Shown piece after piece: positions 49,103-63,911 of a stretch of DNA of 64,000 bases. The stretch comes from the human T2T-CHM13v2.0 reference genome, Homo sapiens, in assembly GCF_009914755.1 (NCBI RefSeq), contig NC_060937.1, one strand, 5' to 3'. The notes below the pieces were generated by a model that saw nothing but the letters and a program-made list of their open reading frames with translations, had not been told where the DNA came from and made no database searches. The position numbers were made by a program, and so were the translations under genes. Position 1 is the first letter of the stretch; every line of letters starts with the position of its first letter.

Positions 49103-49678
49103 GTGGTGCTGCTGTGAGCTCCTTGGACACCCAGCAGTTATTCACACTCAGGGCCTGAAGTGGAGCTGCTGCGATCTCCTTGGACGCCCAGCAGTTATTC
49201 ACACTCAGTGCCTGAAGTGGAGCTGCTGTGAGCTCCTCGGACGCCCAGCAGTTATTCACACTGAGGGCCTGAAGTGGAGCTGCTGCGATCTCCTCGGACG
49301 CCCAGCAGTTATTCACACTCAGTGCCTGAAGTGGAGCTGCTGTGAGCTCCTCGGACGCCCAGCAGTTATTCACACTCAGGGCCTGAAGTGGAGCTGCTGC
49401 GATCTCCTCGGATGCCCAGCAGTTATTCACACTCAGTGCCTGAAGTGGAGCTGCTGCGAGCTCCTCGGACGCCCAGCAGTTATTCACACTCAGGGCCTGA
49501 AGTGGAGCTGCTGCGAGCTCCTCGGACGCCCAGCAGTTATTCACACTCAGGGCCTGAAGTGGAGCTGCTGCGATCTCCTCGGACGCCCAGCAGTTATTCA
49601 CACTCAGTGCCTGAAGTGGAGCTGCTGCGATCTCCTTGGACCCCCAGCAGTTATTCACACTCAGTGCTTGAAGAGCTA
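49103..49678. repeat. Minisatellite in CDC16 intron 3, 57-bp unit, 10 copies
   Basis: Unit ggagctgctgcgatctcctcggacgcccagcagttattcacactcagtgcctgaagt. Confidence 0.96.
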
Positions 49679-50048
49679 CCCAGTGCTCCACTCCTCTGCC
49701 TGACCACTTACTCGCTGCCTCACTTACTCGCTCTCCTGCAGATGTTTACTTCTCCACCTGGTTGATGCTTTCTGTTGCCCCGTTTCGTCATGCTTACCTG
49801 TTGTGCTTAGTTCACATCTCCCCTACTGTAACCTCCTGGGGCAGGGCCTTACTGCTTTTGAATCCTTGGTGCCTAGTAAACAGTAGGTTCATAATAAATA
49901 TGGTTTAACAGGACTGGATTTTTTTTTTAACTGCAAGAGTAAAAGGAGAAATTATGAAATTAGTTCTATTTTATGCTTATGGCTTTCTTTGAAAGTGAAG
50001 ATACATATTATTTTGACCACTACTTAAACAAATTAATTTCTTTCCTAG

Positions 50049-50087
50049 TTGTATGAAGCATGTCGTTACCTTGCAGCTAGGTGCCAT
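50049..50087 (+). CDS. CDC16: CDC16 exon 4: LYEACRYLAARCH
   Basis: tttcctag| acceptor, |gtaagt donor; 39 nt, phase 0/0. Confidence 0.96.
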
Positions 50088-50408
50088 GTAAGTATGCTCA
50101 TAATTTCATTTTTATTTGGTTGAATAAAATGAGTGTTATGCATCTCTTAAATATGTGTGAGAATTTTAGTGATGGAGCTTAGCAGGTTAGTAAAGTATTT
50201 CATGAGGAAGTGTTCCTTTCCTTAGTCATGTTTGCTATAAAATACTGATTCTTCGTTTACCACATGCTGACATGCATGAAGAAAATTCTACTTTAGACAT
50301 TTCACATTTAAATAATGGGCATAGTATATGTTATCCTTTAAAAATTCGGATCATGTGTTTCGTGTTAGAAGTCGTGAGTGATGAGCGGCACTTCTGTTTT
50401 CCACGTAG

Positions 50409-50549
50409 TATGCTGCAAAAGAGCACCAGCAGGCCCTTGATGTTCTTGACATGGAAGAGCCCATCAATAAAAGATTATTTGAAAAATACTTGAAGGACGA
50501 AAGTGGCTTCAAAGATCCTTCCAGCGACTGGGAAATGTCACAGTCTTCA
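50409..50549 (+). CDS. CDC16: CDC16 exon 5: YAAKEHQQALDVLDMEE...DWEMSQSS
   Basis: cgtag| acceptor, |gtaagt donor; 141 nt, phase 0/0. Confidence 0.96.
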
Positions 50550-51269
50550 GTAAGTAGTACTGTGAGCACAGCTCAGTAACGGCGGCGAGAATTGCCCTCA
50601 TTACGTGGCAGAAACACATTATCTTCTTTTACTTATTACTATATTAAAACAATTGTGGTTGCCAATTTATTTAATTTGCCCACCAAAACCAAAAAAGATT
50701 CTGAGACATTTCTGAGCCCTTAGTTGCAAGCTGTAATTGTATCCGCAGATGCCTGCATCCAAAATAGGCTGGCTTGAAACTTCCTTCTCATATTTGATGC
50801 CTTAAGCTACTCCCTAAAAGTGGAATAATTTTTCTTCTCCTTTCTGTGTTTCAGCAGTGTTTTGGACCTACACCAAGAAACTTTGATTAGCGTACATTGT
50901 TTCTTTCCAGGAAATGGTTTTGTGTTCTGTTTGCTTCAAAGTACATTGCTATGTAATTGTGTATATTTCAGTTTGTATACTTCATATCTCCATGAAATTG
51001 CACATTCCTTGCTGGCAGACATCATATAGTAACTTATTAAGTGACATTTACAGATCACTAATCTGGATTTAAAAAAAAAAATAAAAACTTATTGAGGTAT
51101 AATTTATATGCCATGCAGTTCCCCCATTTAAACTGTATGGTTTGATTCCTTTTAGTGTATTCACAGAGCTTTGCAAACCTCACCATGGTCAATTTTAGAA
51201 TATTTTTATTATTCAGAAAGAATCCCTGTAAGCCTTACCTGACCTACCAATTTCTCTTTCTTCCCACAT

Positions 51270-51717
<448 letters not shown>

Positions 51718-52826
51718 ATTTATTTATATTTTTGGTAGAAGTTTATTACTTGACTTTTCACCTTAGATAGTTATTTTTAAGCATAAAAGAATATTACACA
51801 TTCTAGGTTTTTGTTTTTGTTTTTTTTTCTGGCCACTCATTAATGTATGTGTTGGGAAGCAGATTCTTCTGTTAAGAAATGCATTTATGAAAGTGTGTGG
51901 TACAGTCATTATTTTGGGACCTCTTATCCATTAACTTATTTGCTATGAAATGTGTGATTTATTTGCAACGCATTATTATTTATTTTGTGAAATTACATTT
52001 TTAAAAAACAACTCCTAGGATATTGCTTAGTTCGAAGACTCTCATAATTCATTATTTTTTCTAAAATTTTACTTTATGAATCTTCTTCATATCCTTAATG
52101 ATACTAGCTGCCTGTTGCTGGATCATCTTTAAATTCAGTTATGTGTTCGAGGTCCAGAGTCTAGAATGTGCATCAGATTTCCACATCTTCGTGTTTATGG
52201 TAGTCGTGAGATGGCTGTTGAACGCCTTACTATGTGCTAGCACCACAGAGATGGTAGCATCTCTAGCCCTCACAGACTTCTATAAGTTAGATAGTAAAGA
52301 GTTCTATAAGTTAGATAGTGTTTTTATCTTTTTACAGATGAGGATAGGAAATGGAGGCCAAGAGAGGTTCAATCACTTGTCCGAGGTTACAAGTAATTGG
52401 CAGAGCTGGGGTTTGAACTCAGGTCTGTGCTGCCTCAGCAGGCCATTGTGCTGACTGCTGTGACCACTCTGCTGCATTGCTGCCAGTTTCTGCTCATTAA
52501 GATCCTTTTGAGGGGTGTCTGCCTATCACACTGTCAATCTTGGAGTTTTATACACATGCACACACACTCTGCCATCTCTAAATCATTGCACTGTTTTGGA
52601 CAAAACAGGTAATGAACCTAGTAGCCGTGACATGTACTTTTGTTATAAAGATGTGTTGGAACAGAGCAGTTGAAGCCCAGGGAAGGTGAATTGAAGAAGC
52701 TTTGCTGTGCATTTTTTGTGTGTTTTTATTTATGCCTTGACAGTTGTGATTGACTAAATCCTTTTAAATGCAATAAAAACTTCTCAGCATTCAAATACAC
52801 AATTCTCTATCAAAAGTTAAGTTTAA

Positions 52827-53128
52827 GGGCCAGGCATGGTTGCTCATGCCTGTAATCTCAGCACTTCGGGAGGCCAAAGTGGGAGGATCACTTGAGGCCA
52901 GGAGTTTGAGAGCAGCCTAGGCAACATAGCAAGATTGTCTGTACAAAAAATTTAAAAAATTAACTGTTTGTGGTATTGTGCACCTGTAATCCTAGCTACT
53001 CAGGAGGCTGAGGCAGGAGGGTCATTTGAGATCATAGGAGTTCAAGGCTGCAGTGAGCTATGATCGCACCACTGAACTCCAGCCTGGGAGACAGAGTGAG
53101 ACTCTGCCTCTAAGGAGAAAAAAAAAAA
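52827..53128 (+). mobile_element. Alu (AluJ-like) with TSD aaaagttaagtttaa
   Basis: Dimer. The tail ends about 50 nt before the exon 6 acceptor. Confidence 0.92.
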
Positions 53129-53179
53129 GTTAAGTTTAAAAGTACTGACTTAATATGTGACTCATCATTTTTCCAACAG

Positions 53180-53339
53180 ATAAAGAGTTCTATCTGTCTT
53201 CTACGCGGGAAAATCTATGATGCTCTAGATAACCGAACCCTGGCTACCTACAGCTACAAAGAAGCTTTGAAGCTTGATGTCTACTGTTTTGAAGCGTTCG
53301 ATCTTTTAACATCACATCACATGCTGACAGCACAAGAAG
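53180..53339 (+). CDS. CDC16: CDC16 exon 6: IKSSICLLRGKIYDALDNR...HHMLTAQE
   Basis: caacag| acceptor, G|gtttgg donor; 160 nt, phase 0/1. Confidence 0.96.
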
Positions 53340-53609
53340 GTTTGGAAACTCAGGCTTTTTTGTTTTATGTTTAGCAAAATTAATATTGTTTGGATTTTTT
53401 GCCTCTGAAATCTTCTAAGTCAACAACAGGCCACATACAGGTTTAAATAGACCTACTCACTTTCTTAATGTCTTCAAATGTAAAGCACGTTGCAGAATGC
53501 AGTATTGTACGGTGCCTTGTGCTGTCCGAATCTAGGGATTGTGATAGGAAGAGGCCATCTTTTTGAGAAGTGATTGAGATAGTATAAACCAGGATTTCAG
53601 TATCTCATG

Positions 53610-54075
53610 CAGTGATTCTCAACCGTGTTGCTCTTTACATCCTTGGGAAGACAGAGAAACATCCATGTCCAGTTCCCAACTCCAGAGCAGATGCTTTAAA
53701 GCTCCCAGGTGATCCTAATGTACCACAGGCACTGAGAATCAGTCCAAGTATGTTGGCAGTGGTGTGAGGTGCGTCAACAAGGGAAACAGAAAATAGAGTG
53801 GTTGGATTAATGGGATTCTAACATATTTTAGCCTAGTGCAGTGGTTCTCAACCAACCAGAGTGATTTTGCCGCCCCCTGCCCCGGGAACAGTTGGCAATG
53901 TCTGGAGATGTTGTTTGTCACAGCTTAGGGGCAGGGAGGGAGGTTGAGAGGTTGCTGCTGGTATCTAGTGGTTAGTGGCCAGAGGTCCTGCTTAGCACCT
54001 GCAGTACACAGGCTCCCCTGTTCCCAGCAGAGCAAGATCCACGCAGTCAGGAGTGCGGAGGCTGGTGGTTCTTAG
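53610..54075. mobile_element. MER5-like and MER20-like hAT-Charlie remnants
   Basis: cagtgattctcaac...gctcccaggtgatcctaatg (MER5-like) and cagtggttctcaacc...ttggcaatgtctggaga (MER20-like). Confidence 0.7.
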
Positions 54076-54315
54076 GTGACAAGAGCCACCTGGGGACCTG
54101 CCTCAGCCCTGAAAGAGTAGCCTCCACCCACCAGATGATTCCCGTCTTCAGGCCTGGAGCCACTGTGTCAGCTTCTGTTGCACATTTTGATCTTATGTTC
54201 TCTTTTGAGTTTGATTTACTTAGACCAAGAACTGTAGAATCATATTTTTAGTTGTTGGCTTTTTCCCCTCTATAAATATTATGAGGATATTCTTTTTTTT
54301 CTCACCATTTTTAAG

Positions 54316-54407
54316 AAAAAGAACTTCTTGAATCACTACCCCTTAGCAAGCTGTGTAATGAAGAACAGGAATTGCTGCGTTTTCTATTTGAGAACAAATT
54401 GAAAAAA
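54316..54407 (+). CDS. CDC16: CDC16 exon 7: EKELLESLPLSKLCNEEQELLRFLFENKLKK
   Basis: ttttaag| acceptor, |gtaagt donor; 92 nt, phase 1/0. Confidence 0.96.
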
Positions 54408-54915
54408 GTAAGTAAAACCAAAGAGTTAGCACTTGCTTTATGTAAATATCTTATTCCATAAAATTTGGCATCTAGTCTTATATTAAGTTTTCAAAATTAA
54501 AACTTTTTAAATTTAGCACATTTTTAAGAATAGAGCGTTTAAGATACATAAGATTCCAAAAAAAAAAAAGCTTTCAAAAATACCTTTTTCCTCTGAAAGA
54601 CTCCTTATACTAAAAGATTGAATTACCAAGTAAATGTAAATGGAATGGTGTTGCATGGAAATGAAGATTTTTTTGTTATGCTTCCTGAATGTTTACTTTG
54701 AGAAATACGTCCCGCTGTGGAATTCTGTTCTAAAATTGAGAAGGGAATTAAACTTACTGAGAGGAGTACTTATAAAACCTAAAGTTATAAGTTTTCAGAG
54801 GCTCTCACATTTGTTCTTGTAAATGTTTTAACCACTTGGGCCAAACACAAATTGAATCCACATTTTATTTTGTTTTTGCTCATTGAGTTTATGTTTACAT
54901 TTCTATGTGTTTCAG

Positions 54916-55049
54916 TATAATAAGCCTAGTGAAACGGTCATCCCTGAATCTGTAGATGGCTTGCAAGAGAATCTGGATGTGGTAGTGTCTTTAGCTGAGA
55001 GACATTATTATAACTGTGATTTTAAAATGTGCTACAAGCTTACTTCTGT
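54916..55049 (+). CDS. CDC16: CDC16 exon 8: YNKPSETVIPESVDGLQENLDVVVSLAERHYYNCDFKMCYKLTS
   Basis: tttcag| acceptor, GT|gtaagt donor; 134 nt, phase 0/2. Confidence 0.96.
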
Positions 55050-55552
55050 GTAAGTATATCCATCCATTTTTCTGTAGGAACATGGAGTTCACTCCATCTT
55101 ACCTAGGTGATTCACGGACGTGCTCTCTGAATAATCTTGAACTAGATGATAATTTAAGTTATCTTTACCAATTGTAGAGCACTGAACAGGGTGCTGTCTT
55201 AAAAGAGCAATTTACAGACATGAATTTGTGCATATTTGTAGATTTATTACATTAACTTGGGAGGGATATACATGTTGCTCTTACTGATCTTGATAATTTG
55301 CAAGTTTGAAAATTCCATTTTGGCACATTGTTTTGTAAAATTTATTCTCAATTATGAGACTCACACTGTAGATACTAGGTGTTTAATATGCTGCACGCAG
55401 TAGCTAAGCCATCTCCCACATGTATCAGTTTTCCAGTGTACCTAATTTAAACTTTAGCTAAATGACATATGCTATTTTTTGTAGATCTTGGTTCGGTTTA
55501 AAATCCTTGAAATTACAAAAATTTTAATTGGCAAATACACATAACCTATTTA

Positions 55553-55631
55553 TTAGTTTGGTGCAAAAGTAATTGCAGTTTTTGCTGTTGAACGTAGTGG
55601 TAAAACTGCAGTTATTTTTGCACCAACCTAA
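55553..55631. mobile_element. MADE1 miniature mariner element with TA target duplication
   Basis: Palindrome of about 80 bp, ttagtttggtgcaaaagtaattgc...atttttgcaccaacctaa, flanked by TA. Confidence 0.95.
55565..55621 (+). ncRNA. MIR548AR: miR-548 family hairpin (probably mir-548ar)
   Basis: 5p arm aaaagtaattgcagtttttgc (55565-55585) pairs with 3p arm taaaactgcagttatttttgc (55601-55621). miR-548 genes derive from MADE1. The specific name is from recall. Confidence 0.75.
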
Positions 55632-55949
55632 TAGGATTTCCTGTTGGTTTTGATTCTTTTAAATAAGCGGCCTACTTATTTTATGTATTACAATTCTGTT
55701 GACTTAAAGTAAATGTATGTGATAATGTTTATTTTTATTCCTTTCAAATAAACCAGAATTTTTTCTTTCATTTGTAACTTAATTATGGCCTTAACTGAAT
55801 CAACCTGAAGATAATGGAGTGAAGAAAGTGAAGTGTTATAACCCACAGCATCATATGTGATACCATAATGACTGTCTACACATAGCCGATCGTCGTGAGT
55901 GCTGTCACCTGCTGGTTTGGGGGTAGTAATGTGTCGCTTTAACTTTCAG

Positions 55950-56029
55950 AGTAATGGAGAAAGATCCTTTCCATGCAAGTTGTTTACCTGTACATATAGG
56001 GACGCTTGTAGAGCTGAATAAAGCCAATG
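55950..56029 (+). CDS. CDC16: CDC16 exon 9: VMEKDPFHASCLPVHIGTLVELNKAN
   Basis: tttcag| acceptor, G|gtaaga donor; 80 nt, phase 2/1. Confidence 0.96.
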
Positions 56030-57059
56030 GTAAGACTTTTTTTTAAATTAAAGTAATTCTTAGACATAAAACAAATCTTTTCTGTAACTTGAAATTTTGT
56101 CTCTGAAATTCTGGATAGTTGAGATTGCAGGTAACAACATAATGGAACCCTACTATAAAAGTAACAACTGGGGAGGAAATGTTTAGGAAAGTAGCAAATG
56201 GCCAATTTTGTTTTCCCATCAGAACAATTAGTTCTTTATCACTGCTTCCTACTACCTTTTCTCAAATATCATTTATGTTTCAAGGTTTGTTAGCTTTAAA
56301 TTGTTGGGTGTCAGTTCTGCCTCCCCCCCCCTTTTTTTTTTTTGTAAATTCCACTGGAAATCTGATATGGTAAGAGTTGATAACTACTTAGAAATTGGAA
56401 AGGAGCAGATTGTTTGCTCATGTTTTCCGTATTTTTAACATTTGACATTTAGTTGTGTTTGGGGATGCATTTGTCCTTAAATTTTTCTAAACTGAATGGT
56501 GAGCTCTGTCAGGAAGGAAAACCCTCACCGAATCCCTGCTGCTCAGAGTGTGGTTCGTGGACCAGCAACATCGCATTTGTGGAAGCTGGTTGGAAATGCA
56601 GCATCTCCAGCTGCTCTGGTCTACTGAATCCAAGTCTGCATGCAGGAAACATCATCTTGAAATGCCAGGATTTACACATTTCTCAAGATTAAATAGTATC
56701 ATTGATCTGATAAACTTGAAAGTTTGTTCAGCCAAATTGGTTGTGGGTGATTATGATGGTCCATAATGGGCCCTTGGTGTGACAGGCATGAGCTTCTAAG
56801 AGAGGTGAGGTGCTTTGCTGTATCCTCTGCAGTATTCGGGAAGTGCTGTCTTAGGGGGTGTCTGTTCCCACCTTGCCCACAGTGTGTCCTTCATCTAACT
56901 CTCCAGTTAGAGAGTTAATTTTTTATCTAGAAGGAAAGACAAGTATGAAATCATTGCTGTAAGAGCAGAATTATATGATTGTGAAGAGTTGTAATGAAAT
57001 CATGTCTTAAATTACATGTGATACGAACAATTGTTCTTTTTCTGCTTTTTCCTGAACAG

Positions 57060-57109
57060 AACTTTTCTATCTTTCTCATAAACTGGTGGATTTATATCCT
57101 AGTAATCCT
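57060..57109 (+). CDS. CDC16: CDC16 exon 10: ELFYLSHKLVDLYPSNP
   Basis: aacag| acceptor, |gtaagt donor; 50 nt, phase 1/0. Confidence 0.96.
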
Positions 57110-57990
57110 GTAAGTAATATAACTTTTAGTCTTAGTTTTTTTTTTTTTACCTGTACTTTAAGAAAATGCTTAACTCGTATTTAGACAATAGCTTAAGTTC
57201 AAGCAAATGATGTTTTATTAAAGTGTTGCAACAGAATCTCCTAGTGTTTATTGTACTTACAAAAGCAGCATTAACTTTTCAACCCATGAAGGTATTTTTT
57301 AATTATACCAAAGCAAAAAGGTTTTTAAACCCTTTTTTCTGATTATAGAAGTTATACATGCTTATTTTAAAATACTTAGCGTATAGCAATATAAAATACT
57401 GACCATGACAGTCACGCCTCCCTTTCCTAAGAAATGTGGATAATTGTTTGGCAGCTTTCTCACATTGCACATGTAAGACAACCTGTTGAATTGTGTACTG
57501 ATTCCAAACTGTCATGGATCGGAATGGAGAACTAGGAATGGAAAATGGAATCAGGGACTGCGTCTTTAAGGACAAAATCAGGAATCAGGGTGTAAGACTC
57601 AGACGACAAGAATTTGCACCCTATCCCAGTGTGAAACCAGAGCAAGAGAAAACCAGCTAAATAGTCAGAACTCGGACAGAGAGCAAGGAAGAGCCAGGGT
57701 CAGGCTGGGGGAGATGAGCAGTGCAGGGGAGTCAGGACTCACAGGCTGGTTTTTGAAACAGGGACTCCTCAGGGGCCTTGTCTTGTGTAGACGTCTCCTT
57801 GAGAAAGAGCCATGGAGTGTCTGCCCTCTTCTCTTGGACCTTAGTAGACTGTATTAGAGAAATGTCTAACTTAACTAGAATATGTGATAAGGAACATGTA
57901 GTATACCCTCTGTCTACCCTAATTTGTTGCAGATTCCAATTAGATATTCCAATTCCAATCTTTGTTTATGGTAAATTTTGAACTTTTTAG

Positions 57991-58064
57991 GTGTCTTGGT
58001 TTGCAGTGGGATGTTACTATCTCATGGTCGGTCATAAAAATGAACATGCCAGAAGATATCTCAG
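57991..58064 (+). CDS. CDC16: CDC16 exon 11: VSWFAVGCYYLMVGHKNEHARRYL
   Basis: tttttag| acceptor, AG|gtatga donor; 74 nt, phase 0/2; TPR-type peptide. Confidence 0.96.
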
Positions 58065-58249
58065 GTATGAATTTATTTTTTTCCTCTCTAGTTAACCTGT
58101 AGAATTGATGTCTTGCTCATAAGCTTTCAAGTAGTAATTAGTGAGTACTTTAAAAGCAATGTGAAAGAATAAATGTTTTTTTTTTTCTTCCTTTCTTTTC
58201 TTTCTCTCTTTCTTTCTTGCCTTTTCTTTTCCTTCTCACCTCCCCTCCC

Positions 58250-58955
<706 letters not shown>

Positions 58956-59458
58956 TTAATAAATGAGAATAAATATGAAACAATAGAGAATAATGTAGTT
59001 TGAAAGTTTCTCTCTTTCGCTTACAGAGATCCTGTTAACCTTTTACTTTTAGGATTTCTTTTATTAATAGTTGTGAAATTACACAAAACTTTATGTAAAA
59101 TTGGGGTCACTAAATGTGACTATAAAACAGAATTCTTAGCAGGGTGAACTGATTCATGTAATGATTTGCTGTGGTTTTAACTTAAGGAAAGCCATGCAGC
59201 CTAGTGAAGCTATTTAACCAGTATTATTCAAGTTTAGAAAAATGTCAAGTATGTGAAGAATTAATTACTTAAACTCTGTAAATGTTCTAATTTCTGTGGT
59301 TTCTTCCGTGCAAATAAAACAGAATTGGTCTCTAACGGAAACAGCATAAACTTTGGAGTCAAATTTGAATTCTAATCCAAGTTCTGTGACTTACCAACTG
59401 AAATTCCTTGGGAAAGTTAATTTCTCCTGCTCTCTCTTTCTTTAAAAATGGGGATGTC

Positions 59459-59775
<317 letters not shown>

Positions 59776-59975
59776 TCATACTCATATAGCAGGATTGTTA
59801 GGAAGACTGATGCCACGAAAGTACCCTGTACTAGGAAGAAACTAGAATGTTCCCTGGTTGGTTGTATGTTCAGCATTTTAGAAGAACTTCTACATAGAAA
59901 GATGATTAGTATTGTAAAAGTTATTTTGAGCTATGCTGCTTTGATCTAGCGTGCAATTCAGTGATGGACTCTTAT

Positions 59976-60534
59976 CAGTGGTCCCCAACATTTTTGGCAC
60001 CAGGGACCATTTTGTAGAAGCCCCCCCTCCCAGGGTGGGGGGACTGGTTTCTTGATGATTCAAGCGCATTACATTTATCGTGTGCTTTTTTCTATTATTA
60101 TTACATTGTAGCATATAATGAAATAATTATACAACTCACTATAATGAAGAATCAGTGGGAGCCCTGAGCTTGTTTTCCTGCAACTAGATGGTCCCATCTG
60201 GGAGAGATGGGAGACAGCGACAGGTCATCAGGCATTAGATTCTCGTAAGGAGTGCGCCACCTAGATCCCTCACATGTGCAGTTAACAATAGGGTTTGCGC
60301 ACTTACGAGAACCTAATGCCTCTGATCTGACAGGAGGCAGAGCTCAGGCGGAAATGCAAGTGAAGGGGAGTGGCTGTAAATACAGATTAAGCTTTTTTTT
60401 TTTTCAAATGGCAAGTTCTTTCTTGACATATGAAGCTTTACTCACCTGCCTGCCACTCACCTCCTGCTGTGCCGCCTGGTTCCTAATAGGCCAGGGACTG
60501 ATACCAGTCTGTGGCCCAGGGGTTGGGACCCCTG
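59976..60534 (+). mobile_element. MER1A-like hAT-Charlie element, near full length
   Basis: Terminal inverted repeats cagtggtccccaac and gttgggacccctg. Confidence 0.88.
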
Positions 60535-61100
60535 CTCTACATGAAACAGGTAACATTTGGATAAAAGAAAACTTAAAATACAAGGAAGTAGGGTATCACC
60601 CCCTATGTCTTCCACGTTTTGTGATATGTTCTCTTTATTCCTTGTGGGTTAATTATACAGTGTTCACTGTATACAATTATTCACTGATATATATGAGTCC
60701 AGTCCCTGTAACCAGGGTATATCTGTTGACCATCATCTATAGGATATCGCCTAATCCCTCAAGCCTTGGTATACCTGTCTTTAAAATATAAATGAATTTA
60801 TCTTGCAAGTTATTAGGATGAGAGGATGTATCTACTAGGTTACAAAATGGAGCTCCTGGATTAAGTAATATCTGTAAGTTCTATTTAGAATGCTAATGGG
60901 TTTTGCTACAGTGCATAAAAAGCTGTGGATCTCCTCAAATTTCTTAAAATTTTGCTATACTATTAAACAGTTTTAGTTCAAATGAATCAACACAAATGTT
61001 ACATTAGTGTTTAATGTGGTGACAGCTTGTTTACTAAATGGATGTTAATGTTTTTGAGGCCATCTCCTTATATAAAATTAACAATTCAAGAATAAATACT

Positions 61101-61590
<490 letters not shown>

Positions 61591-61608
61591 TTAACTCTTT
61601 TGTTTTAG

Positions 61609-61734
61609 CAAAGCCACAACACTTGAGAAAACCTATGGACCTGCATGGATAGCCTATGGACATTCATTTGCGGTGGAGAGTGAGCACGACCAAGCGATGG
61701 CTGCTTACTTCACAGCAGCACAGCTGATGAAAGG
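61609..61734 (+). CDS. CDC16: CDC16 exon 12: KATTLEKTYGPAWIAYGHSFAVESEHDQAMAAYFTAAQLMK; the gene continues beyond the window
   Basis: gttttag| acceptor, GG|gtacgg donor; 126 nt, phase 2/2. Exons 1-12 sum to 1097 nt of uninterrupted reading frame. Confidence 0.96.
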
Positions 61735-62703
61735 GTACGGCAGAGCAAACTCATCAAACTCCATGAAGGGATGTTTTTCCTAATAGAAATGAAATTTCTA
61801 TTACTATTACTGCTATTTGGTTGCTAAACTAAACACAAACATTTTACTTGCCTTTTAATCTAGTTGCTTGTGATTGTAAAATAACTATGAAAGTGGAGGG
61901 GAGAGAAGCTGGTGTATGCATTTGCCTAGCAGTTGATTCCAACCAGTGCAAGAAGCAACCAGGAAATTAGGCCAGTGGAGGAGAGGAGTTCTGGAAGCCC
62001 TTCCTCACATGCTCATGCAAGAATAAAAATATTCACGAGCAAAATTATTATATCTTATCTATTACCAAAAGGTATTTGATGTGGCTTAGTGGTAGGTGCA
62101 GGACTGTATTTGCCAGTATTCTAGATTTATATCAATATTAAATGTATTGAAACTAAGAATGTGTTACTTTGAGGAGTAGAGTATTGCTGTTCACATTGAC
62201 TGTTTGGTCTCACCATCGGTTACAACTTACAGGGTTGGTTTGTGTGGACTGCTTCTATTGACTGATGACTGCATCCCTGCCTGGAGAGGTAGTGGGAGTG
62301 CAGTGGTCCAGAGGCCTGGTCTGGAGTCATACCTCCTGGACTCTTCCTGGCTCTTCCACTCCCAGCCATGTGACGTTGGGCAAGTTTTTTAGCCTCCTGA
62401 GAAATAGGAATAATAGCAAAATTTACTCACTGGCTTATTGTGAGAAGTAATTGAGATAATACCAATTAAAGACTTTGAAGAGTGTCTTACACATAGAAAG
62501 CACTCAGTGAAAGTTAGCTACTTGTGTTTATTTACTTGTATGCAGGGGTGGAATCATATATTTATCTGTATTGAATGTCATCCTGTTAGGTTTGGTCTCT
62601 TTGCAAACTGTTAGGCTCTTTTTGTCACTCAGTTCTGCGTTTAAATTAGTACCCACCTCAGTCAGTAGTCATAGTAACTTGGTAAGTATCATAGCTCCTT
62701 AGC

Positions 62704-63506
62704 TGTATTAGTCAGTAGGGCTGCCATAACAAAATACCACAGACTGGGTGACTTAAAGGACATTTATTTTTTCATAGTTGTGGAGGTTGAGAAGTCCAAG
62801 ATCAGGGTGCTGGCCAGTGCAGTTCCTATTGAGGAGTCTCTTCCTGGTTTGTAGATAACTGCCTTCCTGCTGTGTCCTCACATGGCAGAGAGAGCTCTGG
62901 TGTCTCTTCCTCTTGTAAAAACACTAGCCCTATTGGATGAGAACCTTACACGAACCCTATTGGATAAAAGCCTTACACTAGCCCTGTTGGATAAGAGCCC
63001 TACACTAGCCCTGTTGGATAAGAGCCCTACACTAGCCCTGTTGGATAAGAGCCCTACACTAACCCTGTTGGATAAGAGCCTTACACTAGCCCTGTTGGAT
63101 AAGAGCCCTACACTAACCCTATTGGATAAGAGCCTTACACTAGCCCTGTTGGATAAGAGCCCTACACTAGCCCTGTTGGATAAGAGCCCTACACTAGCCC
63201 TGTTGGATAAGAGCCCTACACTAGCCCTGTTGGATAAGAGCCCTACACTAGCCCTGTTGGATAAGAGCCCTACACTAGCCCTGTTGGATAAGAGCCTTAC
63301 ACTAGCCCTGTTGGAAAGGAGCCTTACACTAGCCCTGTTGGATAAGAGCTTTACACTAGCCCTGTTGGGTAAAAGCCATACTCTTAGGACTTCATGTAAC
63401 CTTTATTATCTTTTCATAGGCCCTATCTTCAAGTACAGGCACAGTAGGGGTTAGGGATTTAATGTATGAATTTGGGGGGCAGAGGGGACACAAACAGTCC
63501 ATAGCA
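62704..63506 (-). mobile_element. MLT1A-type MaLR LTR containing a VNTR
   Basis: tgtattagtcag...gggctgccataacaaaataccacagactgg...tatgaatttgggggg...cagtccatagca. Confidence 0.88.
62920..63385. repeat. Minisatellite, 27-bp unit, about 17 copies
   Basis: Unit acactagccctgttggataagagccct. Confidence 0.96.
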
Positions 63507-63911
63507 CTAATATATTACTAGAAAATAACCTTCCAGAGTAGAGTTGCACACCCAGTTATGGATCCACCTAAATGGTCCTCATACTCAGTCCAGGTCTCTC
63601 CATCCTGTTCACCAAGATGAGTGAGACCTTTTCCAGTTCTCTTCTGAAGCTCAGCTCCAGTATCTGCATATTTCCCCTATGTATCAATATGATAATTTGT
63701 TACCAAAAAAAAAATCTCAATAATTCACTATGAGTTGGTTTTTATGAGCATATGCTACAGTCTGGTAATTTTTATTTGATATTTTGGGTTCTCAGAAACA
63801 GAATAGTTATTAGTTAGTTCCTAGCTGGGAATCAGAATCAATGATAATTAATGACACAATACCTTCAGTGTTTCCAAATCTAACAAACTTTGTCATTAAA
63901 TTCTCACATTA

